DNA of 64,000 nt from positions 620,001 to 684,000 of the forward strand of contig NW_026940638.1 of the NCBI RefSeq assembly GCF_032062105.1, given 5' to 3'. Source of the stretch: Saccostrea cucullata. Lineage: Eukaryota. The position numbers and the translations under genes were made by a program. Each line of letters begins with the position of its first letter. Within the stretch, counting starts at the first letter, position 1. Below the pieces are notes generated by a model. The model was not told the DNA's origin and made no database searches. It saw nothing but the letters and a program-made list of their open reading frames with translations. Below are positions 49,801 through 61,823 of the stretch, one piece after another.

Positions 49801-52800
49801 TCTCCATTCGTCAAAGTCAAGCTTGTCATCACCGTTGATGTCAGCGTGTTTAAGTGTCTCGTGAATGTCCTGGATCTTGTCACGCTTCAGGTTCAGTTTG
49901 TCAACCATCTTCTGGTATCCCTGAAAAGCAAACAAAAATCGTAAACACATGGTGCTAATTTCTAAAACTAGACTAAACCAATTGAAAAGCATTCAGTCAC
50001 ATGAAAGAGTGGCTGAACTTACTCTCTTGAAGTAGTCTGTCATCTCAAACTCATTCTTCTGGTTGGCCATGTCTCCTTTGACTTCAGAGTATGTGTCGTT
50101 GATGATGGCCAAGAACATGTTGATCAGCACGAAGAAGACGAAGAAGACAAACAACATGAAGAAGATGGGTCCCAGATATCTGTTCGCAGCCTCCAGCTGG
50201 TGAAAGTCAAAGTCTCCCAGAATGATACGGAACAGGGTGAAGCTACAAATATACCATGTACATGTATTTCAATTACATTATGATGTAACATTCATATGCA
50301 TTGAAATATGGATAAAATTTGAACAGCTTACAAGGAGTTGGGGAAGTTGCTGAAGTCCTTGACTTGAGTACCAAATAACAGGTACCCCAGCTGTGTGAAA
50401 GCCAAGAAAATGATGAAGAACATCACAGCGAAACCAAGTAAATCCTTTGCGCAACGGCCGAGAGTAGAGGAAAGCTGAGTCATTGTCTTGTTGAAACTGA
50501 TGTACTTGAAGATCTGTCAAAAACAAAATTTCTGTTTATAAAGGGGTTGATTACATTTAGAATTTTTTGAAATCTTGTCAAGTTTTGTATACCCCAGTAT
50601 TTGAACACTGTATTAATCTAAACAAAATTGCCTACCTTCACCCAGGCAAAGAAGACAGCTATAGCAATAGCATTGTCAAATCTTGTTTGCCAGTAACTCA
50701 AGAACTCAAAGTCAGCATACTGGTCGGGGTGACTGATGAGTTCACTCAGCTTGTTGTCCACTTCAACCGTCCGATAAATATCAAACGCAATACAGAGTAA
50801 GGCGATGATGATGACAGTCAGATCCAGGATATTCCACAGACTCTTAAAGTAGGACAGCTTGTGTTTCTTGATCTACAAGACATTTCAAAAACATGTTATG
50901 TTGTATAAACACACTTTACTAAGCCTAGCCAATAACACAAATGTTTGAAGAAAAAAACTTTACCTCAAGGGCTTCCTCAACGATGTAATAAACAATGAAG
51001 AGGGTAAAGATGAATTCACAAGCCATGATGAAATAGTCCTTGATGGTTACGTATCGGATCAGTTTCACTGTACGGAAATCCCAGGATGGAATAGCTCCAC
51101 CTGTTGCTGGGAACTCCACGATCAGTCGAATGGCACAGAACAGATTGATGTTGGCATTGTACACAGTGAAATCCACAAACACAACTCTAGTCCCTCGAGT
51201 TATCCACAGTTTATTAAACAAATAAGTTATTACTTCAAGGGATTCATTCTTTGTTTTTCCAAGATTCTGAACATATCCAGCTCCACTGTAGGTTGCTATG
51301 GTTGCCTCGTGACTGCTTCCATCAAGTTCATCCTCTGTCTTGTATGTGAATCTGAAGAACATTATATTACAATAACAGCTCACGACATCAAGCATACATG
51401 TACTTTCGGCTTGAAAACATTTTAGTCTAAAATATTCAATTCATTCACAAACTATACATATAATGTAGAGAAGCAATACCAAACCTGTAGTTATTGAAAT
51501 TTGAAACCATATTCCAGAGTAAATCTCTGTTAAGAATATACTAATATGATATACTTCTACTCACGCAGTGTAATTGTCTGGGTTTACAACTGAGGTTTTG
51601 TCTTCCAGGTTTGAAGAGTAGGAGTCATAACATTCACGGATGACATCTTTAAAGTTCTCATGGACCACACAGGAATTGGAGCTGACTTTAAGCTGCCTCA
51701 GTCTGGGGAGTCCCAGCAGCTTGTTCTCATAGTAGATGTATCCTTGTTCTGATTGAGGAAGAGGCTGGTTGTTGTACCAAGTCTCCCAGTGCAGGCCTTT
51801 CACCAAAGGGCCTCGAGCAAACTAACATTAAACACTGGTGCATTTAGCAGAGTACTATAAATTTAACTCCTTTTACCAGAAAAGGGAAAAGTGTGAGGTA
51901 CAATTTTTTTAATGCCAAAATGTTAACAAAATGAACTCAATAGTTTTTTTTTATTTACAGGATTTAAATAATAATAATCTTACTTTCCAGAAGTCATCCA
52001 CATTTGTAATTGTCCTAAAGGTACCGCCAGTCTCGTGTGTTGTATCCAGGAACAGGTCACTCATGACCTTAGTGTAGTAATACATAGTGGTAGAGGTCAT
52101 TCCAAAGGTCACTGAAATTATCATTTTTTTCTGTATAATCTGTTTATTTCAGTTTCATTTACATACCCCGGTACTTGAATATTACTTCATTAAAATCAAA
52201 TCAATTTGCTGGATAAATATTTTGCATACATAAGATTTATCTCTGAGATTTTTTGCCCTTTGAATCAGCTGTTCTATAAGCTCAGCCTTTTCTTTTCTTT
52301 TTTTCTTTGTTTTTTTCAAGTCTCAAATAACCTTTAATTGGACTTATGCTTATCTTCAACTTTATTGTGGTGCAATGGAATAAAATACTGACTGCTTCCA
52401 GATTAAAACATTACATGCAAAAGATTAATCAATACTTTCAGAGATCAACAGCCTTAAACATGATTAGAATACAGAATATTCCAAAATCGATAGCTATAAA
52501 GCTCATCCAAAGCAATAAAGAGAAAAAGTTAGGAATCAATATTTCATCTGTATTGATAACGATGGTGTTTTGGAGCACACTTGATGAAATATGTATAATC
52601 TTGTCTTCAGGTATGAAAAATCAATACCATACGAAAATACTTTCCAACACTGAGGTCTTTCAGGAAATCAATATGTGGTTTTTACATGGATTTTCAATGG
52701 TATATATGATACACCATTTTTTCACTAAATTTCAAAATTTATGAAATATAATTATTTATTTGTATTTTTCCCACTTACCAACACAGAGGATGATAAGAAA

Positions 52801-54437
52801 CACCAGATATATGATGAGTTCCCTCAGTGTGGTCTTCACGTGAAGTTCCCTGTTGCCTTTGGTCTCCTCTGTCTGTCTGGTGGCCCACAGAGCTACAAAA
52901 CAAAATGTAATTATAAAAACCAGGATTTATTTCGCTTTACTTGTATAAATGTATAATTTTGAAAAATCTAAAAGGAAAATATTCAACTAATTTTATTTCT
53001 ATTAATGTCTATTAAGATCATACACAAAAATTTTTGACAATTCTTTTTGCTTACTGAATGGTTCAGACAATGGGAGTATCTGTGAGCAACTATTTGGCTA
53101 GTGATACAAATCTTTGTTCAATACACTTGAATATCAAAATTTGATATCTATTCAGATTTTAAAACCTCAATCTGGTAAAGTATACTTGATTTATTAACAT
53201 CTGTTCATGCTCATGGTGCCAAGATTTTGATTAGATTACATCTTGAAAAATTAGCAATGGGTAAGTTACTTTGTAAGAAATGTTGTTTATGACCTTAAAA
53301 CAAGTATTGTTACTTATATGGTGTATAATATTAATGTCACATAAATCATGTATTTAAAAACCTTTCACAAGAATCTACATGTTAATTCAATAATTGATCT
53401 CTTGAACCTTCATATTTTAAGTTCAAAAATTTTTTTAGTAATATTTTTTTTAATTTAATCACATTATGTAAAAAACTGTATTCCTGTATATGGGTCTAGG
53501 TTGTACACATGTGTCTACAATTCTATTGTCCTCTTTAGGTCCTAAAAAATAATTTTTTCCTAAAAAAAAATTATCAAGCAAAATCATCTTCTTTTTCCTA
53601 AGTCCAAAGTCAGACTTAATTAGTTGGAACACAATTAAATTTTTTCCCTCTGTTTAATATTTAAATTTAGTGAAAAAATCAATAATTTTCTTTTATTCCA
53701 CATAGTTGACACTGCGAGACTTTGGTCCAAAATCCTATACTAAGTAAACTTGAACAAACAAAATTTAAATGCCCGATCTGAGGCTTAGTATTTAATCAAT
53801 TCAGAAAGTGGGACAAGGAATGAATACACATGATAGGCACAAAAACATAGATAAAAGAAACATTCCGTACTCAATTACAGAAACTAGATCTATAAAAAAA
53901 TTGAACTGAAACATTGAACAAGAAAGAAGATTATCTTATTTCCATTTCATTTTTAATACTAAGTGTAATTTATTGCTTCAAATAAGACAAAAGTAAAAAG
54001 GTACATCTCTCATATAAAAAAAAAATAATCGAAAACAAAAACATCAATTAAAATTTTAATTTATCCTTTTTGGTTACTGTTAAAACATTTCTAAATCAAA
54101 ACCCTAGAACATTTTTACATATAATTTTGGTTACTTGGAAATAACTATAAAAGTTAAATGCATTATTAATTACATGTAAAGAAGGTAACTTACATCTGAC
54201 ACCCTTCCTGAATTTGGTGAAGCATCCCTGCTTCTCCTCAGGTTTGGTGGTAGCCACCTGGTCATTTTTCCCCTTGTCGCGATCCATGTAAATGTCGTTT
54301 TCCATAGCCACTGGTAAATCTGGATCGTCTCTTGGCCCAAACTCAAACTGATTGTCCGGTCTACCGTAACCAGAATCCATGTCTTCCCAAGCCGTGCGTG
54401 ACTGTGCGCTCATAGGCCGATTGTCCCGCGAGGCCAT
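46801..54437 (-). CDS. PKD2: Polycystin-2 (TRPP) channel, 13 exons, ~858 aa
   Basis: Exons 54437-54194, 52892-52779, 52111-51984, 51821-51565, 51351-50964, 50872-50636, 50513-50332, 50242-50023, 49920-49787, 49681-49564, 48988-48650, 48350-48168, 46833-46801 (2577 nt). Motifs [59 protein letters not shown]-hands and coiled coil [17 protein letters not shown]. The last mini-exon is less certain. Confidence 0.95.
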
Positions 54438-56245
54438 GTTTAAAGTCTTGGGATAATCACAAGAAAGACCCCTTCACTGAACTCTTTTGACTGTTAGATA
54501 AGACCTATAGAAATGTAACCTGGAATGAGTAGATATTAAAGGGTTAAAACTGGCTTGATAAACAACAATTCTTCAATAATACAACACCTGTTTCTTTTCG
54601 AAATGATACCTATACATGACAGTAGATCTACAGCGACATGTTCATGACATGGTTCTGACATTTTGTTCAATGAACCACGGTGATCATCAAATATTGCCTT
54701 TATATCAATGATCAGTTCAATGATCAATGAATACACATTTAGAACACGATGGAATAATTAAACTTACTCATATGATAAGATCGACTGCTGTAGCATTCTG
54801 AATGAGTATTTCGTTTATAAATACAATGAAAACTGTTTTTTGTTTGAGAAATGTTGATGATGCTATCAGGAACGATCACTCTGCTTTGATTATGTCAAAT
54901 ATTTTCGATAGATGGCGCTTCACTTTTGACTAACTTGCTCTGCAGTGTATTCGTATGGTTAATGGAATCAAATAAAAAGACGCGTTGAAAAGTTAAATGT
55001 ACTAAAAACCTACTAAATAGAAGGACAAGGAACAAAAATGAATAAAAACCAGCAAATGAGTATTTCAAATTAAATACATATTTACATATTTTACAAATAC
55101 ATATTTTAGGATTTTGTGTAAAGCATATAGCTTTTTATAAACAATTTAACTTTCAAGTAAAATCATGTAATATGATAATGGCGTGTAAAAAATAAAGAAA
55201 AAATGTCATGTTCCAGATATTTTGAATTCAAATAGTATAATACTCCGTTCTTATGTATTATCAATATCAAATACAACTTAAACTATAACCTTTCGTATTT
55301 GTCATGATAGATATATATATATATATATGAAATTGCAAAAACAAAATTCAAAAAAAAGTAAGGCCTTACCTACTCTGAAATGTGCGGTACTGATGTTGCG
55401 CGAAAGTGGGTACGTAATAGGTCTTTATACGGCGATCGACCCGCTACCAAGGTAATGGTCCAGGATCGATATTGGCGTCAGCAGAAAATAACAATAAGTA
55501 GAGCTGCTGAAACAAAACTTCTCTAAACCTGCCCCATCAATTATTCATTCCCATCGATTTTCACGATTATATATGGAATAATTGTTAGCACTACCTGTGG
55601 TACCAAATTTTAAGCATAGGTAAAATCAATAGGCTTGATTGATTTTGCCAAGATCGTGTACATTTTATACACTCCGAAGAACTCTTTTATCAATAATAAC
55701 TGTTTCTAAAATGTTAAAGGCAAAGACAATCGATGACACATAGTTTTGCTTCTAAACACAGTGTAAAATTTAACAATTTGTTCATCTTGATAAGATGTTG
55801 GGAGAGATATGCTGCATCAACTGTGACAAGCGGCATTTAAATATAATAATTGTTCTTGATTAACCCTTATACTTCTACACATTAAAGTCATATTCCATTA
55901 GTAAGCATGTATATACTTAAAAATAGGGGGGGGGTACTTTCCCTTCTTTCAACCTAAAATTAGAAAAAAACATAGTATGTAAGAATTACAAACAAGAATA
56001 ATATACCATCCTACCCCCCCCCCCCCTTTAATGCTTTATTATCTTGGCATATTTTTATTAAGTTATTCATTTTTTCCTTGGGAGGATTTAGGAATTAAAA
56101 TACCCATGTATATGTATTTTCTTGATATTAACCTTTTTTGTTTATAGAGCTTTCCAAGTAACCTTACGTAAAATTATTAACAGGGTCATTTTATATAAAT
56201 AAAATTAGACTTGTATTTTCTATTGTATTGAAGCGTATATAGCAG

Positions 56246-56796
56246 TAGCTGCAGATCTGTAGCGTTAAGGATTTATATACATGTATTTGTCTTTGACCAT
56301 AACGCTACAGATCCTGTAGTGCAAAAAAGGTGCAATTTACGGCGCAATATTTTTTGCGCTCTTTTAGGGAGAATTTCTCCACTTTCTAGCTTTGGTCAAT
56401 CAACTAACTTTCACTCCCTAATTCTAGACACATTCTGTAGCCAATATGTATAGTTTATCCACCACCCAACCATTTATAGTTGTCTCTACAGGCAATAAAC
56501 TCGCTGGATATGAATTTTCAGTAATCTAACAAATAATTTTAATCACGCGAGTTTATCACTTGTAGAGACGACTATAAAGGGTTGGGAGATGGATAAAATA
56601 TAGATTAATTAAATAATGTGTCTAGAATTAGGGGTTGAAAGGTAGTTGATTGAACGATGCTGGAAAGTGGAGAAATTCTCCCCAAAAGAGCGCAAAAATA
56701 TTGCGCCGTAAACTGCACCTTTTTTGCACTACGGGATCTGTAGCGTTATGGTCAAAGACAAATATATAAAACCATAACGCTACAGATCTGCAGCTA
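56246..56796. mobile_element. Foldback (Mutator-like) MITE, 551 bp
   Basis: Near-complete palindrome tagctgcagatctgtagcgtta ... taacgctacagatctgcagcta; 9-bp TSD atatagcag at 56237-56245 and 56797-56805. Confidence 0.88.
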
Positions 56797-57989
56797 ATAT
56801 AGCAGAGGAGCAAAAGTAGAAGTCCAATTTTAATGAAATTGTAATAGTTCATAAAAGGGCCAAATTTATATCAAGTGAAATTTTTCATTCTAGCATTTAA
56901 ATTTGCTAATAAAACATTATTTCAATCTGATTAAAATCCCATTTCTTAATTATTGTGTATCATCTCAAGTGTCGCTATAACTTCGTTCTGTAAAAAGAGG
57001 GCGGAGTTTGTCAGGCTGTTTTAATTTTATTTTTAGTTCAAAAAGCTGTCATTTATACTAGTACCACACTCTTATACTCTTCAATGTAAAACGGGAAAGA
57101 TAAACATTTCATAATGATAACTCTTTCATTGAAAGTTTCAATAAATTGTGTACAAGATATCAATTATTTTGTCAAATGCTAAAAAAGAAAAAAATGGGGG
57201 ATAATGTCCACATATGTCGTAAAATTTAAACTATCTTTAAACTCTTCGAGTATTGAAAAAGCGGATGCAATAAAGTGTTAAAGAATCAATTCAATTCCTT
57301 TTTTCCTTGTATCAACAGATACATCAGATTGAAAGTTTCAATAAACTAAAGAATACGAGTTTGTAAATTTTGTGGTCCGTGTGATAAAAAAAGAGTTTCA
57401 TTTTATTTTGAAATTTTCATTTAGTTTGAATTGAAAATGAAGTATATATATTATATGTATATACAGTAAGCTTTTACAAGTGGTTTTATCTGTACAAAGT
57501 CTGGTATTTTGAAAATTAATTGTATACTAGTATAAGCTCCTTAGTGTGGACAATACAAAAGAACTTGATAACCTACTGACATATGTGTAGATCGAGCTGT
57601 AAAATGAAGAATCACATCGAGAGTTGATGATATATTTTATATTATGTGAATTGTGATCATTTTGTATCTATCAACTAGGATTATTTTGTATTATACAGCA
57701 TCGATGGAGGGAGGGGGTGTTATCTTTTCCCCGAATATTATTGAAAATGATCATTGAAAGGTTACCCCCCCTTTTTTTTTTGTTGCAATGCAGTCAACAA
57801 GGTAGTATGGTAAATTGAACCCAACCCAAACCCAACCACACATGCACACCCTTCCACCCCGTAAAATGATTTTCGCGTTTGGATTTTGTTTCTTGCTTTT
57901 CAAACTTTTTCCCTAGAAAATTTTATTTTTACCCCCCCCCCCCCCCCCCCCCGTAATAAACGATTCCACGTCCGTGTATAATACACTGT

Positions 57990-58542
57990 ATTAAATGTGA
58001 AGATTTAATCAACTGTTCAAGCTCCACCCTACCCCTCAGTTGTCATGTTTTGAACAAAACTGAATCTAAACTATATGAGGATGTTTCCATATTCATTTGA
58101 CTTATCATTGCTTTGCTATTTTTGAGAGCATAATTTCCCCTACATATTCCTTTTTTAAACTTCCACCCCCCATTGTCGGCCCACTCTACCTCCGGGGTCA
58201 TGATTTTAAAAAAAATTTCAAACTACATTATGTTATGAAGGTTTCACCTAAGTTTCAACTTTTATGGCCAATAAAATTGTTCTTCAGATGAAGATTTATG
58301 CAAAAATGTCTACTCTTTTTTTAATTATCTCCTCTTGAAAAGGGAACGTGGCCTTTCATTTGAACAAATTTAAATCCTCTGCAATTAAGGATGGTCTTTC
58401 GCAAGTTTGATTGAAATTAGCCCAGTGGTTCTTAAGAAGAAATAAAAAAATGTAAAAAATTTACAGACGAACGGACAGACGGACGCCAGACAAAAAGTGA
58501 ACAGAAAAGCTCACTTTCGCTCTCAGCTCAGGTGAGCTAAAA
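57990..58542 (-). mobile_element. Pearl/CvA-like satellite element (reverse, degenerate)
   Basis: Ends with gacggacagacggacg...aaaagctcactt...ctcaggtgagctaaaa. Confidence 0.7.
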
Positions 58543-59128
58543 CGTATGAAGGAGGATGACACTGAACTAAGTGCAAATGACTCGGTTAAGATACATGAAT
58601 CATCAGATTCACGTCTTTTACGATGAATGAATTATATCTAATAATATATCTACTTAAGAGAGGAAATGTGCTACTTGACTAAAGCTGTGACCGAATCCAC
58701 ACAAAGGAGACCATCGGTACATCCTTACCTAGATAAATGTATATAAGCAGAACTCAGTTTGATCACGAAATGCAGACTTGCCTAGATCAAGTATATATAC
58801 ACAACTCAGTTTGATCAGGAAATGCAAATTTAAGGCAAATACTATACACTGAAAATAGTAAGATAAGCTACTTTTGATGCATTGACTTCACAAATTAATC
58901 TACATTTACCTACAGTATATCTTCAAATTTAATTATTATAGTTAATCGTATTAGGGAAAAATTACTAAATCTAAAACAACAGATACCCGAGTGACTAAAA
59001 AAACATAGTAAGGGATACTAAATATTTAACGATCAGCATCATCATAATAACAGAAATACTACACATAATGATGAATATACTGTATATAATGTGAGAAGTA
59101 CATATTAATATATTGTTGTGTTTACTGC

Positions 59129-59202
59129 ATATAATGTTAGAACTACCGCATATGATGTTAGAACTACCGCATATAATGATAGAACTACCGCATATAATGT
59201 TA
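59129..59202 (+). repeat. Minisatellite, ~3.5 x 21 bp
   Basis: atataatgttagaactaccgc repeated. Confidence 0.8.
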
Positions 59203-60054
59203 AAAGCACTTCATAATAAGGCCTATGCATATTCCAACTGAAAATTGATCTAAAAAATGCAGGTATTTATTCAGACATTCAGACAATTTTAATGCTTTTT
59301 CATCGTTCCGACAATGATTGGTTTTATACAAATTCTATGTCTAACTGCAGATTTATCCGTAGCTCGCTGGCCTCAATGATCAGATATCCAGTCTGCCAAT
59401 ATATTTTTTTCCGGAGAGCTACAGTTCTGTAGCTATATCAATGTTCTAGGTCTTCTATTCTTTTCAATTACTATATTATATATTATGTAAAAAGCTTGTT
59501 TATCTGAGTCGGGCTGGAGTCAAGGAAATCTTATTTCTCTAAAACTGTATTTTTTTTCCTTTTATAGAGTACAAATGTCAACTTTTATAAGACCCTTTCT
59601 AAGACTTCCAAAAACCTTGAATCTTATAAAGATGAATAAAACGAAAATATTTCATTTTCAAGCTTCATTTTGATGCATTTCAAATTAAATTTTAATTTTG
59701 GAGTTATCCTTCCTGGCTGAGGATCGGATATCCTACAGTGCCCAGTATATGTAGTGCCAAATTGAAAACGTTGCAATTGATGATCGAATACTCGGTATTT
59801 TTCTAACCTATTACCATAAAATAAACTATTGGTACTGTGAGCACTGAGCTCACTAAATGATAACCCCTGCCTCCCATATGATTATATAATGTCCATGTTT
59901 TTGCACTGGGAGAGCTGAAGTAAGTGTCAATCAAAAAGTAAAATAGATTGTGCACAATGGCATTATGCAATAAAGAATTTGTAAAAGTCTTATCAAATGT
60001 TATTCAGTGGTATAAAAGGAGACGCGGATAAGAGATTGCTACCCTTCAATATTA

Positions 60055-61185
60055 TAGAAACAAGATGTGTTTGTGAAACACTGATATACCCCCGTCTGGC
60101 AACATAGCGAAGATTAAACTTTTCTTAAATGCAAATTTAACATTATTGGTACCCAAAGCAGGGTATTCTCTCTGGAAATACAATTGTGAAATATAACAGT
60201 AGGCCAAGGTTAAAGTTTTTTTTCCAAGTTCAAGGTCAAAGGGTCAAAGTTCTTGGTATCCAATGAATGGTCTTCTCACAAATATTATATATGTGAAGTA
60301 TGAGAGCACTAGCCCTTAGCATTCAAAAGGTATGGTCAAGGTTAAAGTTTTTCATAAGTACGGAAATCTCCAAGGTCAAATGGTCTAGGTTCTTGGTATC
60401 CAATGGAAGGTTTTGTCACAATGAATACATATGAGAAGTATGGAAGCCCTAGACCTTACCGTTCGAAAGTTACGACCAAGGTTATAAATTTTAAAAAGTA
60501 GGTCAAACTTCAAGGTCAGAAGGGACAAAGATCTTGATACCAATTCAAAGGACAGGAATAACATATGCGAAGTTTGAAAGCACTAGCCCTTACCGTTCAA
60601 AAACCCTGGCCAAGGTTAAAGTTTTTTCATAAGTATGGAAATCTCCATGGTCAAAGTCAAATGGTCAAGGCTGTTGGTATACAACGAAAGATCTTTCCAC
60701 AAAGAATACATATATGAAGTATAAAAGTCCTGGTATCTACTGTTCAAGAGATATGGCTGAAGTAAAAGTTTGGAATTTTTGTGTAAAAGTGGGTCAAACT
60801 CCAAGGTCAAGGTCAAATTTGATGGTGCCAAAAACGAAGGTCTTGTCACAAGTAGTGCATATGTGAAATATGAAAGTCATAACTTCTCTAAATCAAAAGT
60901 TATGGGCAATGTTAACGTTTTTGTGGACAAACAGACAGACAGACTGGCGGACACAACAGAAACTATATACCCAGAAATTTCGTTTACGGGGGCATAAAAA
61001 TGGCATTGTCAATGTTTTGCTATATGAAATCCGAGATACATGTATTTTTTTTTCAACCAAAAAGAGTTGCAGATAAGAGATGGGTATTCCAAAGCGTAAC
61101 AGACGGACGGACGGACTGACAGTTATACATACATAATTGTTATCACTGTATACCCTCCCACTTTTCAAGCGGGGGGTATAAAAAA
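60055..61185 (-). mobile_element. Helentron/HINE-like satellite element (reverse)
   Basis: caaggtcaaag units, acagacagac microsatellite, terminus aaacaagatgtgtttgtgaaac. Confidence 0.7.
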
Positions 61186-61823
61186 AAGCCTTACAGGTAC
61201 TTTAAAGCTTTTATATCCGTGCACGCACAATTTTAGCATCTATAACTTCTGTGTAATATCAGTAAAAGATTTAATTAATTAACCTCTACGTAACTCAAAA
61301 TCACCATGCATTAATCAACGGAAACGCTGTCCTATAAATGTTACTATAGATCGTCTTTTGTTCTATTTCTAAATATTTTATTTTCCTCTTTATATCCCAC
61401 AATGAAATCTGGCACGCAAATATTTGCTGTGATTCTGAGACAAAAGACCTCTTTTACGAGTTTACGCATAAATAATGAGATCAGTGAAAACAAACAAATC
61501 TAATTGAAGTTTTCCTGGATATGGTAATTAATGTACAATACAAAGTTCAGCCAAAATCATTTGGAAAGTATAACTTCATTTTTGATAGACGTTGAATCAG
61601 AGAAGGTGGACCTTTGACCAAATACGGATAGCGATCCTCTCTACTTCCCATTGTTAATAAAGTTTGTATCACATGACGGCATCAACACTTTTCCGAGTGT
61701 GTATATAATCTCCTTGAGCTCGTTGTGAAAAGTGCCAAACTTTCTGAACTGAGTACATATTGTATCCCGCTGCATTGCTCCTTTTGCTCTCCAATCATTA
61801 ACAATTCCTGCCAATCCTGGGAA

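Noticed and set aside
52346-52744. 132-aa plus-strand ORF within PKD2 intron 2
   Set aside because: AT-rich, no recognisable motif; likely a chance ORF.
61725-61823. GTG-initiated N-terminal extension of the GPCR in the ORF track
   Set aside because: The ATG at 61824 is followed directly by a signal peptide; the upstream start is a non-ATG artefact.
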